Source of the DNA: a bacterium
Lineage (GTDB): Bacteria > Patescibacteriota > Patescibacteriia > Patescibacteriales > UBA12465
DNA: 64,000 nucleotides
NCBI GenBank assembly: GCA_035402825.1
Contig: DAONDZ010000005.1
Span: forward strand, 8,276-72,275
Reading direction: 5' to 3'
Positions 1-9,040 of the stretch are shown here, piece after piece. Made by a program: the position numbers and the translations under genes. The notes beneath the pieces are model-generated. The model did not search any database. It saw only the letters and a program-made list of their open reading frames with translations, and was not told where the DNA came from. Within the stretch, counting starts at the first letter, position 1. Every line of letters begins with the position of its first letter.

Positions 1-471
1 GTCTTTGGTTACTACAAAAATACTCTCGCCTTCAATATTTCCGAGATACTCTAAAATCGAAAAATAAATATAAGCGTCCTTGAAACCTTTATCAGACGTT
101 TCGTCGAATGGCGGAAGATTGCCAAGCGCAAGTTTTTTAATGTCCTCTAAAACATTTGTTGTTAAAGCAATGGTGGAATAAGGCAAGCTCTCAATTCCAG
201 CAAGTTCCAAAATCCACTTTTCTATATCAAAGTTTTTAGTTTCGTCTTCATCAATTTTTCTTAAAAAATGAAACGGATTCGATAGGAACGAATCTCTTTT
301 AGAAATAAGGTGTTTCCTTTTTTGGTTTTTTATTTCTTCGATAACAATGTCTGGAATAATAATTTCTGACACTTTCAAAAAACGCTCCAATTCAGAACGA
401 CCGCCTAAAAAATCAGCAACTGATTCGGCGTTTCTTATTGAATTTGTATCAAAAACTACTTTGTATTTCAT
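1..471 (-). CDS. PIN-domain protein (DUF4935-like), 3' end truncated by the window edge
   Basis: Not in the ORF track. Hand translation from ATG at 471: MKYKVVFDTNSIR...IIIPDIVIEEI...PPFDETSDKGFKDAYIY...IFVVTKD, with the PIN acidic motifs DTN, EE, D and TxD. Confidence 0.75.
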   Translation of the reverse strand, partial: MKYKVVFDTNSIRNAESVADFLGGRSELERFLKVSEIIIPDIVIEEIKNQKRKHLISKRDSFLSNPFHFLRKIDEDETKNFDIEKWILELAGIESLPYSTIALTTNVLEDIKKLALGNLPPFDETSDKGFKDAYIYFSILEYLGNIEGESIFVVTKD

Positions 472-474
472 AAT

Positions 475-1689
475 TTAATCATTAAATCCCACAACCCGAA
501 CCTCACCTTTCATCAATTTAGGCAAAAGCATACTGCGAAGAGTAGAAATAGTTTGTATTTGAGAATTGTTATTTTTTAGTTTTTTGAATGTCGGCTGAAT
601 AACTGCATTAAACTTTTTTATTATTTCATCTTCTGGCACTAATATATCAAGTGCCTTTATCATGGTTGAGTTTATAGCGGTGACAATTGATGAAGTGCTA
701 CCCAAACTATTAAAATCCAGATCTTTCAAGAATAAATAAATAAACTCAGTAGAAAAATTTGAGTTCTTTTTTATCTTTAAATGCGCAATCGCTTCATTCG
801 AAAGCATCTCCTCTGTTGTAATTGCTAATTTTCCCACTGTCATTTTAAAACTCAAAATAGCAGTGTTTTCTGGAATAACTGGAATATTAAATTTTTCAAT
901 TGCTTCGTCCGTTAAGTATTCGGAAGTGTTTGAAATATACATTTCACTATTTCCAATATCTTTTATAGAAATCCACTTTTTACCAATCGGCTTATTCGAA
1001 AACCATTCAGTTTCCAGTCTTGGCGGGGTGCGACCAATTGTAATATCAAATTCTTCTCCAATTTTCCCAGTCCTCCACCTCTCTGGGATTTTACCGAGTT
1101 CAGAATCAATTAATTTTCCATTAGCACCAGGAAAATTAAAGTTCACAAACCATTCCTTAAATATTGTCTGAGCAGTGGTCTCCAGGGTCTTATTTTGCTT
1201 CCGTAAAAACTCAATTTTATCATCTAAAGACGACAATACCGCAGCAATCGCGCGTTGTTCTGGTAAAGTGGGAGTAAGGATTAGTTTAGTTGATAACGCC
1301 CCTATTGTAATTTGAGGTTGAGCTGAACCTGTTATAACATCAGAAAAATCTCTTCCCAGCGCCCAATAATAAACAAAACCAGCGTCTAAATAGTCTTCGT
1401 TTACCTCAAAAGCAATGGAAGAATTTGTAATTGATGATTTCGCATCTGTTCTTTGAATAAAACCGCATCCAGAACCACGACAAGTAATAATTGGCTGTCT
1501 TTTTTCATATTCAAAAAAGTCTGTATACCCCCTTAATCCGCCGCCGCCGAAAACTGGGAATATTCTCTTAGTGTCTTTTGTTATAGATAAAATATCATCG
1601 GGAATGTATCTACCTTGTCGTAAAATAACAATTTCTCCTAGTGTCGTCATCTTCCATCCTTTTGGAATTGTAGAGGTTTGATCTATCAT
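475..1689 (-). CDS. hsdS: Type I restriction-modification specificity subunit
   Basis: Two TRDs separated by conserved PTLPEQRAIAAVLSSLDDKIE and ELGKIPERW segments; C-terminal LRSMLLPKLMKGEV. Confidence 0.95.
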   Translation of the reverse strand: MIDQTSTIPKGWKMTTLGEIVILRQGRYIPDDILSITKDTKRIFPVFGGGGLRGYTDFFEYEKRQPIITCRGSGCGFIQRTDAKSSITNSSIAFEVNEDYLDAGFVYYWALGRDFSDVITGSAQPQITIGALSTKLILTPTLPEQRAIAAVLSSLDDKIEFLRKQNKTLETTAQTIFKEWFVNFNFPGANGKLIDSELGKIPERWRTGKIGEEFDITIGRTPPRLETEWFSNKPIGKKWISIKDIGNSEMYISNTSEYLTDEAIEKFNIPVIPENTAILSFKMTVGKLAITTEEMLSNEAIAHLKIKKNSNFSTEFIYLFLKDLDFNSLGSTSSIVTAINSTMIKALDILVPEDEIIKKFNAVIQPTFKKLKNNNSQIQTISTLRSMLLPKLMKGEVRVVGFND

Positions 1690-1691
1690 AA

Positions 1692-3236
1692 TTATTCCAA
1701 GTTAAATCCAATATTTTTCAATTGTTTTTTTATTTCTTCATTTAATTTCTTTTCCTCCGCTATCTGCTCTGCAAGTTTAGCAGTTAGCCCTGTAATTTTA
1801 TCAAAAAAAGGAATGCCATCATCAATTTCATCTTGATTGCCAACATAGCGCCCCGGGGTAAGAACAAAGTTATGTTTAGTTATTTCATCTATACCAGCGG
1901 ATTTACAAAAACCTTTTATGTCTTCATATTTTCCATTTTGCTTGCGCCATTCGTGGTAGGTGCCAGCAACACGTGCCATGTCATCTTCGGAAAATTCGCG
2001 GTGCGTCTTGTCTGACATATGGCCGACTTCACTTGCGTCTATAAAAAGAATTTCACCGGTGCGTTTACGGTCACCGTTGCCTGTGCGTTTGCGAGAAATA
2101 AACCAAATACATGCTGGAATTCCAGTATTATAAAAAAGTTGTTTCGGAAGCGCGACAATACAATCCACTAAATCGTTTTCAACGAGCGACTTTCTAATAT
2201 CTCCTTCGTTGTTGGTTTGACTTGATAGTGAACCGTTGGCTAACACACACGCCATAACACCGTGTGGTGATAAATGGTAAATCATGTGCTGGAGCCACGC
2301 ATAATTGGCATTAGATGCGGGTGGTATACCATATTGCCAGCGAGGATCGTTTTGTAAAAGTTGTCCGGACCAATCACTGTCATTAAATGGTGGATTAGCA
2401 AGAACAAAATCAGCCTTAAGATCTTTGTGGGTATCATTTAAAAATGAGCCTTCGGTATTCCATTTTACCTGAGAGCCATCAATACCACGAATAGCAAGAT
2501 TCATTCGGCACAAGCGATAAGTCGTTTGGTTGCTTTCTTGACCATAAATAGAAATGTCCTCAACATTTCCGCGGTGTTCTTTGATAAATTTTTCACTCAT
2601 GATAAACATTCCGCCACTACCACACGCCGGGTCATATACTCTGCCTTTGTACGGCTCAATCATCTCTACCATGATGCGAACAATTGATTTTGGCGTGTAG
2701 AACTGGCCACCCTTCTTACCCTCTGCATTAGCAAATTCACCGAGGAAATATTCATATACCCTCCCAAGTAAATCCTTACTTTTTGCAGCCTCGGTACCAA
2801 GGGCGATATTACCCACAAGATCAATAAGTCCACCAAGTGAGGCTTTGTCCAAATTAGGACGAGCATATACTTTCGGGAGAATACCTTTAAGCGTCGGGTT
2901 TTCTTTTTCTATGGCCTCCATCGCATCATCCAAGTCCTTCCCAATGGATGGTAGTTTTGATCGAGAATGAAGATAAGACCAACGGGCAATTTGTGGCACG
3001 AAAAAAACATTTTCTGCGCGATACTCGTCGGCATCTTCAGGGTTTGCCCCTGCAAAATCATCGCCACCTACTTTTATTTTGTTATATAACTCCTCAAATG
3101 AATCTGAAATGTATTTCAGAAAGATAAGCCCAAGCACAATGTGCTTGTACTCAGCTGCATCCATATTCTTACGTAATTTATCAGCCGCCTTAAAAAGAGT
3201 CTTTTCAAATGATTCTGTTTTATTATCCTTTGCCAT
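1692..3236 (-). CDS. hsdM: Type I RM N6-adenine methyltransferase subunit
   Basis: GQFYTP, YDPACGSGGM (motif I) and NPPF (motif IV); N-terminal AADKLR..LGLIFLKYISD. Confidence 0.97.
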   Translation of the reverse strand: MAKDNKTESFEKTLFKAADKLRKNMDAAEYKHIVLGLIFLKYISDSFEELYNKIKVGGDDFAGANPEDADEYRAENVFFVPQIARWSYLHSRSKLPSIGKDLDDAMEAIEKENPTLKGILPKVYARPNLDKASLGGLIDLVGNIALGTEAAKSKDLLGRVYEYFLGEFANAEGKKGGQFYTPKSIVRIMVEMIEPYKGRVYDPACGSGGMFIMSEKFIKEHRGNVEDISIYGQESNQTTYRLCRMNLAIRGIDGSQVKWNTEGSFLNDTHKDLKADFVLANPPFNDSDWSGQLLQNDPRWQYGIPPASNANYAWLQHMIYHLSPHGVMACVLANGSLSSQTNNEGDIRKSLVENDLVDCIVALPKQLFYNTGIPACIWFISRKRTGNGDRKRTGEILFIDASEVGHMSDKTHREFSEDDMARVAGTYHEWRKQNGKYEDIKGFCKSAGIDEITKHNFVLTPGRYVGNQDEIDDGIPFFDKITGLTAKLAEQIAEEKKLNEEIKKQLKNIGFNLE

Positions 3237-3237
3237 A

Positions 3238-3411
3238 TTATTTTTTAAGTAATTTTAATATTTCACTTTTTCTAAAACGTCGATCGCCTCGTTTACCAAA
3301 GCGAATACATTCAACCAGGCCATCCTTCTCCCATTGTCTAAGGGTGTTTGGGTGACAATTTAATAGTTCACAAGCCTGACTTAACTTTAATATTTCTTCA
3401 TTATTTTCCAT
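3238..3411 (-). CDS. Small MerR/excisionase-like HTH protein (57 aa)
   Basis: Not in the ORF track. Hand translation MENNEEILKLSQACELLNCHPNTLRQWEKDGLVECIRFGKRGDRRFRKSEILKLLKK; stop is 1 nt before the hsdM start. Confidence 0.8.
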   Translation of the reverse strand: MENNEEILKLSQACELLNCHPNTLRQWEKDGLVECIRFGKRGDRRFRKSEILKLLKK

Positions 3412-3476
3412 ATATATCTTGATTTTCTACTTAATATAACTTAACATTAGTATATATTATTACTATTGAAATTACA

Positions 3477-4244
3477 ATGATAAAAAATGACACAAAAAAT
3501 AAAGTTTCAGCAGCTCTGTTAAACGAATCATACTCTAGAATCATTGATATTTTTGAGGCAATTAAAAGTGGACTTATTTTATACACCGACGAAAACCTAA
3601 ATCAATGTTATATATCATTAGTCAAATCTATTAACAAAATTCTAGAAGAATCCTGTTATTCCGAGCTTAAAACGTTCGTGCCAGATTTTTATAAAGACAT
3701 AACAAGTAAAATAAACTTTATTGACCGAGAGTGGGATCAATATAAGGAAGAGCTTTATAATTTTTCTAGCAAAATTAATTCTTACTGTTTAACAATAGGA
3801 GCCAAAAAAGAAGTACTTAGTATTGATTTATGGAGTCCATTGTTTAATCAAATAGATGAAGCAATCACTAATCATCGCGAAACGGTAAAATATTTTTCTG
3901 AAAAACTATTAGAAAAACAAAATAACAATACCGAGAAAATAAAAATTAATATTTCCGATAATCGAGGGATATGGCGCAAAGATAATAAGACAATTCGTAT
4001 TTATGAAATAGGGATAAATACTAAAAGATTCATGATTATCAAATGTCTGAAAAACAAACAAAAAAGTGGACCTGCTTTAGCAAAATCCTACGCAAACAAT
4101 AGCCTCTCCCAGCTTAGCAAGGAGATTAAAAAAATTAACAGCCTGTTTAAAGAAAAACTTTTATTAAATGAAAATTTAATCGAAAAAGCTAACACGGGCG
4201 GATATGAATTAAATATTACTTTTTTTGATATAAATTTTGAATAA
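3477..4244 (+). CDS. Hypothetical protein, possible C-terminal winged helix
   Basis: 255-aa ORF; C-terminus (..SQLSKEIKKINSLF..LIEKANTGGYELN) resembles a wHTH wing. Confidence 0.6.
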   Translation: MIKNDTKNKVSAALLNESYSRIIDIFEAIKSGLILYTDENLNQCYISLVKSINKILEESCYSELKTFVPDFYKDITSKINFIDREWDQYKEELYNFSSKINSYCLTIGAKKEVLSIDLWSPLFNQIDEAITNHRETVKYFSEKLLEKQNNNTEKIKINISDNRGIWRKDNKTIRIYEIGINTKRFMIIKCLKNKQKSGPALAKSYANNSLSQLSKEIKKINSLFKEKLLLNENLIEKANTGGYELNITFFDINFE

Positions 4245-4282
4245 AAACAAAAAACCTTTAGTTGGTGTTAATAACTTTCTGG

Positions 4283-4307
4283 AAATGGCTTAATAGGCCA
4301 TTTTTTT
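4283..4307 (+). terminator. Intrinsic terminator
   Basis: AAATGGCT-TAATA-GGCCATTT hairpin followed by a T run. Confidence 0.6.
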
Positions 4308-4417
4308 GTTTATTAAGGTCAATAAAAAACCAATGATAAAAAATTCTAAAATACGGCAAAGTATAATTAAAGCTTTTTAATCCGGTGCACTGGTAATTTA
4401 ATAATAAAATTAAAATT

Positions 4418-4684
4418 ATGATTACCGACAAAAACAAACTGGAATACATCGACTATCGCGATGAATTTTCTACTTACGATATAGGTTTAGCTGCGGCCTT
4501 GGTTTCTTTTGGATACGAGCTTTGGGCTTTAGAAAAAGGAGAACCAAAGACAAAATTTATTTTTAAGCGTGAAACAGGTATCGAGAATACAGTTAATAGC
4601 TATTTTAACGGCAATCTGCAGGTTGATGCCCGAACAATTTTTGATAACCTAAAAATGCTCAAAAATCGCCTTTACAGTTTATGA
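4418..4684 (+). CDS. DUF5659-like small protein
   Basis: FSTYDIGLAAALVSFGY...FIF...LKMLKNRLY pattern recalled from this mobile-element family. Confidence 0.6.
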   Translation: MITDKNKLEYIDYRDEFSTYDIGLAAALVSFGYELWALEKGEPKTKFIFKRETGIENTVNSYFNGNLQVDARTIFDNLKMLKNRLYSL

Positions 4685-4818
4685 AGCTTACCGGAAAAGA
4701 GATCGAGCGCTTTCAAAAAATCTATCAGGATATTTTTAACGAGAAAATAAGCTCTGATGATGCGCTTGGAAAAGGCATAGCCATAATAAACTTATTAAGA
4801 ATCGCTCTAAAAAATTAA
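4681..4818 (+). CDS. Small hypothetical protein (45 aa)
   Basis: Not in the ORF track. MKLTGKEIERFQKIYQDIFNEKISSDDALGKGIAIINLLRIALKN; ATGA overlap with the upstream gene and ends 6 nt before the next ATG. Confidence 0.65.
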   Translation: MKLTGKEIERFQKIYQDIFNEKISSDDALGKGIAIINLLRIALKN

Positions 4819-4824
4819 AATTAT

Positions 4825-5991
4825 ATGAACAAAGAATTCGAATATTTGGGAGCCGAGGAACTAACGGATATTCTAGGACTTACCATAAAAAAAGATAATA
4901 AAAATAAGCTTATTACTTTTCTTTGTGCCTTATCTGCTTATACAGAAGATTCCCAATTTAATTTAATCTTTAATGCTCCATCTTCAACTGGAAAAAGTTT
5001 TATTCCAACAGAAATAGCCAAACTTTTCCCAGCAGAAGATGTTATAGAAATCGCTTACTGCTCCCCAACCGCTTTTTTTCATGAGAACGGAAAATATGAC
5101 AAAGAACGAAACTCAATAATAATGGAACTATCTAATAAAATAATTATTTTTTTAGACCAGCCTCACTTGATGCTTCTTGAAAAACTTAGGCCGCTACTTT
5201 CTCATGATGCCAAAGAAATTAACCTTAAGATTACTGATAAGTCACAAAAGGGTGGTTTAAAAACCAAAAACATCATAATAAAGGGGTATCCTAGTGTTAT
5301 ATTTTGTAGCGCCAACATGAATATAGACGAACAGGAAGGCACTAGATTTATGGTGCTTTCACCAGAAGTGGATCAAGACAAGTTACGAGAATCCATAAGA
5401 GAGAAAGTACTTAAAGATACTGACATTGAAAAATATGCTACCTGGCTCGAACAAGACCCAAGAAGAATAAAATTAAGAGAACGAATACTGGCGATCAAGG
5501 CAGCAAAAATAAAAAATATTATTGTGCCCAACCCAGAAATAATATTAGAAAAATTTTTTGCAAGCAGAATTAAACTAAAACCACGTCACCAAAGAGATGT
5601 TGGGCGCATAATTTCATTAATAAAAGTTTCCGCTCTTATAAACCTGTGGCTCAGGGAAAAAGTTGGACCATCTATTATTTCTAATAATGATGATTTGGAC
5701 TTAGCCTTTTTGATCTGGAACAAAATATCAAAAAGCCAAGAATTAAATATCTCTCCTTACATTTTAGATATATACGAAAAAATAATTCTGCCCCTTTCGT
5801 CTGATAATCATGGATTAACAAAAAAAGAAATATTGGCAGAATACTACAAACGAAATGGGAGTTTTATTCCGGATTATCAATTAAGACAACAAATAATACC
5901 GACCCTAAAGGTGGCCGGATTAATTTCAGAGGACCCAGACCCTAAAGATGGTCGCTCAATTTTAATTAGACCCACAATGTATAGTGAGTGA
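4825..5991 (+). CDS. P-loop ATPase with C-terminal winged helix, putative element replication helicase/initiator
   Basis: Walker A APSSTGKS, Walker B IIIFLD, candidate arginine finger TRF; MarR-like wing DPDPKDGRSILIRP. Confidence 0.65.
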   Translation: MNKEFEYLGAEELTDILGLTIKKDNKNKLITFLCALSAYTEDSQFNLIFNAPSSTGKSFIPTEIAKLFPAEDVIEIAYCSPTAFFHENGKYDKERNSIIMELSNKIIIFLDQPHLMLLEKLRPLLSHDAKEINLKITDKSQKGGLKTKNIIIKGYPSVIFCSANMNIDEQEGTRFMVLSPEVDQDKLRESIREKVLKDTDIEKYATWLEQDPRRIKLRERILAIKAAKIKNIIVPNPEIILEKFFASRIKLKPRHQRDVGRIISLIKVSALINLWLREKVGPSIISNNDDLDLAFLIWNKISKSQELNISPYILDIYEKIILPLSSDNHGLTKKEILAEYYKRNGSFIPDYQLRQQIIPTLKVAGLISEDPDPKDGRSILIRPTMYSE

Positions 5992-6027
5992 TACCGTGGG
6001 GTAAATTTATAAATTAATTTAAATTAT

Positions 6028-6270
6028 ATGAAAAACAGTGAAAAAATCATTATAACTATGTTATTTGATGAAGAAATAATTCAATGTTGTGCCGAGTCTA
6101 CAATTAAAAGAAGATTAAGTAACCTGGAATTAAACCGCCTAAGTCTTTGCTGGCCAAATTTTGATTGCACCGGTGGCGCAAGAAACGAAATCATGGAACA
6201 GTTTATTAAAGAAGTTATTGATCATGAAGACATTTGGGCGGACAAGGAATATTTTAAGTTAAAAAAATAA
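6028..6270 (+). CDS. Hypothetical protein
   Basis: 80-aa ORF co-oriented with the module. Confidence 0.5.
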   Translation: MKNSEKIIITMLFDEEIIQCCAESTIKRRLSNLELNRLSLCWPNFDCTGGARNEIMEQFIKEVIDHEDIWADKEYFKLKK

Positions 6271-6607
6271 CGACAAAGGTGCGACAAATAAATTTAATAG
6301 AAGAAATCAAAACTTAAAAAATCGTGTTATCAGCGAGTAACCAATACAAAAAGAGTTAACAATATAATTTTCTTATTAAATATTAAACTAAATATAGCAA
6401 AACTTAGTACCCTTTTTTCGAGAATATAACCGGACAAAACCGGACAATAAAACGAGACAATGAGAACATTTTAAGAGTTTAGAAAATAGTAAAAAATACC
6501 CACGTTCTTTAAAAGTTTTAAAAACTACAACAATATAACGACAAAATTAAGCCTAAATCAAAGCTTTTTATTAGATCATGGGGCGGCCCTAAAATTGACA
6601 AATTAGC

Positions 6608-6636
6608 TTGATAACTAGTGCTTTCTGTGATAATCT
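6608..6636 (+). promoter_or_regulatory. Sigma70-type promoter
   Basis: TTGATA-17 bp-TAATCT with TG extension; predicted +1 near 6643. Confidence 0.6.
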
Positions 6637-6642
6637 ATAAGC

Positions 6643-6807
6643 GACTACCCAATTAAATGTTCACGAAACTAAGGCCCGTTTGACGGTTAGCCCGTCTTTG
6701 TCTCGCACTTGCGGATAAAGATGGGCAGTTAACCTTCCACAAGCGAGACCTTTGGGCCTTCGTGAACAGTGGGTAGTCAGGTTTGACTGCCCTTTTTTGT
6801 TGGGCAG
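6643..6807 (+). ncRNA. Structured leader RNA / attenuator of unknown class
   Basis: Nested helices 6643-51/6770-78, 6658-67/6759-68, 6673-77/6754-58 and 6690-6702/6714-26; mutually exclusive terminator 6771-6798. Confidence 0.7.
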
Positions 6808-6828
6808 ATTATAATTAAAATAAAAATT

Positions 6829-7344
6829 ATGAGCAATGAAAACAAGCTCCTGGACGGAGCTAAAAAATCGTCCATCATGAATTGGGTTAAGAAACACAAG
6901 ATCTTAACCGCCATTATAATTATCTTCGTAATCGGACTGATCGGTAGTGCCATGGGGGAAGATAAAAGCACTAATAACAATATCGTCGCAAATCCTGAAG
7001 CTAATAAACCAGAAGAAAAGCAACCGGTCCAGGAGCCAGAAAAACCCAAGACTTGGACTAGCGTTTACAAAGTAACAGCAAACTCAGACAAACAAACTGA
7101 AAACTTTTCCCTTGATGGCGGACAACAGAAAATAGTATATAAGACTACCGGCAACAGCTCACTCTGCTATGTCTACGTTCTAAAGGAAGGAGCAACGCTA
7201 GACAAGAACGGCGGAATGCCAGTTGTATCAATCGACGGCGAACAAGCCGACGAAACGATGATGAGAAAATCCGATGGAAACTATTACTTGGATATCAAAA
7301 CAGTAAATGGTAGTTGCCAAATAGAAGTTCAGGAACTTAAATAA
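6829..7344 (+). CDS. Membrane-anchored surface protein
   Basis: KKHK followed by a hydrophobic TM helix, a P/E/K-rich linker and a beta-rich C-terminal domain. Confidence 0.8.
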   Translation: MSNENKLLDGAKKSSIMNWVKKHKILTAIIIIFVIGLIGSAMGEDKSTNNNIVANPEANKPEEKQPVQEPEKPKTWTSVYKVTANSDKQTENFSLDGGQQKIVYKTTGNSSLCYVYVLKEGATLDKNGGMPVVSIDGEQADETMMRKSDGNYYLDIKTVNGSCQIEVQELK

Positions 7345-7358
7345 AAATGAATAACCAT

Positions 7359-7385
7359 AAAAGACCGCTCCAAGGCGGTCTTTTT
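7359..7385 (+). terminator. Intrinsic terminator
   Basis: AAAAGACCGC-TCCAAG-GCGGTCTTTTT. Confidence 0.75.
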
Positions 7386-7396
7386 AAAAACATAAT

Positions 7397-9040
7397 ATGA
7401 CAAATCAAAACAATAATATTAAATACTTTCTTTACGCAAGAAAGTCGTCCGAAAGTGAAGATAAGCAAGTGGCTTCTATTGATGCTCAAATTGATGAGCT
7501 CAAAAAAATATCTAAAGAAAATAATTTAGAGGTAGTTGAAATCCTATCAGAATCACAATCAGCCAAGAAGCCGGGACGCCCCGTCTTTAACTCAATGTTA
7601 GAAAGAATTTATAAAGGCGAAGCAACTGGTGTTTTATGCTGGAAAATTAATCGTTTAGCAAGAAACCCAATCGACGGCGGGAAAGTATCCTGGATGCTTC
7701 AGGAAGGCACTATTAAACACATACAAACCTTTGGTCGAAGTTATTACCCTAGTGATAATGTTTTAATGATGGCCGTTGAATTAGGAATGGCCAATCAATT
7801 TATTAAGGACCTAAGTGTCGACACAAAAAGAGGTTTAAGGGCTAAGGCTGAGCGTGGCTGGTATCCGACATTCACATCTTTAGGCTACAAACACAATCCA
7901 TTAAAGATAAAAGGAGAAAAAGAAATAGTTGATGATCCGGAAAAGTTTCATTTACTGAGAAAAATGTTTGACCTAATGCTAACTGGCCATTATCCAGTAA
8001 AAAAGATTCTTGATATTGCAACTAACGAATGGGGCTTGAGAAATAAAAAAAATAAAAAGGTTGCTATAAGCACCTTTTACAGAATTCTATCAGACCCCTT
8101 CTATTATGGTAACTTTGAATATCCTCAAGGCAGCGGAAATTGGTATAAAGGAAAACATAAACCAATGATTACTATAAATGAATTTGAGCGCATTCAAAAA
8201 CTATTAGGCAAAGAAACAAGTGCGCGTCCTCATAACAAAGAATTTGCTTTTACAGGATTAATGCGGTGTGGCGAATGCGGAGCTATTATAACTGCCGAAG
8301 CTAAAGTTAAAAGTTATAAGAATGGAAATATTCATAATTATACTTACTACCACTGCACAAAAAGAAAAAATCCGAATTGTTCTCAGAAATGCATTCGAGT
8401 AGAAACCTTAGAGAAACAAATAAGCGAAGAAATAAAACAAATATTTTTACCTAAAGAATTCTGTAGTTGGGCGCTAGAAGTTTTAAGCCGTGAAACCCGC
8501 GAAAACGGTCAAGATCGAGCCCAGCTCATATCTAAGCATAAAAAGGAATACGACGCTGTAGTGACCAAAATAAACGGTATAATAGACATGAGATCAGCTG
8601 GAGAGCTAACTGCCGAAGAATTTAATGAGCGTAAAATAGAGCTGAGCCGAGAAAAAGAGAAATTACAAGAACTTTTAAAGGATGTAGAAGAAAATGAAAA
8701 CAACTACACCGAAAAGGCGAACAGCCTTTTCCTTTTCGCAGAAAAGATTTGTGAAAAATTTATAAATGGAGATTTAAAGGACAAAGGAATAATACTTTCC
8801 TGCTTAGGTTCGAACCTCACATTAATCAACGGAAAATTGGAGATTTCATTGCAAAAACCACTAATACACATCAAAAATTTATCGCAAAATTTACACGCGA
8901 AAAATGAAGCGTTAGAACCAATGAAAAATGGCGAATATAAAAGAAAAACAGGCTCTTTCGAGTCTGCTTTTCCGATGTTGCTCCCGGGGTGGGATTCGAA
9001 CCCACGACCAATTGATTACACTTATCCACTAGTTTCCTAA
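7397..9040 (+). CDS. Large serine recombinase (integrase)
   Basis: Catalytic YARKS, RLARN, recombinase domain, zinc ribbon CGECG..YYHC..C and coiled coil; C-terminus overlaps the tRNA antisense. Confidence 0.93.
   Translation: MTNQNNNIKYFLYARKSSESEDKQVASIDAQIDELKKISKENNLEVVEILSESQSAKKPGRPVFNSMLERIYKGEATGVLCWKINRLARNPIDGGKVSWMLQEGTIKHIQTFGRSYYPSDNVLMMAVELGMANQFIKDLSVDTKRGLRAKAERGWYPTFTSLGYKHNPLKIKGEKEIVDDPEKFHLLRKMFDLMLTGHYPVKKILDIATNEWGLRNKKNKKVAISTFYRILSDPFYYGNFEYPQGSGNWYKGKHKPMITINEFERIQKLLGKETSARPHNKEFAFTGLMRCGECGAIITAEAKVKSYKNGNIHNYTYYHCTKRKNPNCSQKCIRVETLEKQISEEIKQIFLPKEFCSWALEVLSRETRENGQDRAQLISKHKKEYDAVVTKINGIIDMRSAGELTAEEFNERKIELSREKEKLQELLKDVEENENNYTEKANSLFLFAEKICEKFINGDLKDKGIILSCLGSNLTLINGKLEISLQKPLIHIKNLSQNLHAKNEALEPMKNGEYKRKTGSFESAFPMLLPGWDSNPRPIDYTYPLVS

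Larger units (their letters stand above)
1..8980. mobile_element. Integrative element/genomic island (right part), inserted at the 3' end of tRNA-Asn; left end lies outside the window
   Basis: Visibly more AT-rich than downstream core genes; carries RM genes, HTH and ATPase genes and a terminal large serine recombinase whose ORF runs into the tRNA 3' end. Confidence 0.85.

Noticed and set aside
6643-6778. Firm call as 6S RNA or SRP RNA
   Set aside because: No SRP GGAA-loop motif; shorter than typical 6S and coupled to a terminator switch, so left unclassified
6661-7049. Minus-strand ORFs 6661-6897 and 6777-7049
   Set aside because: They are shadows of the structured RNA and of the plus-strand surface-protein gene
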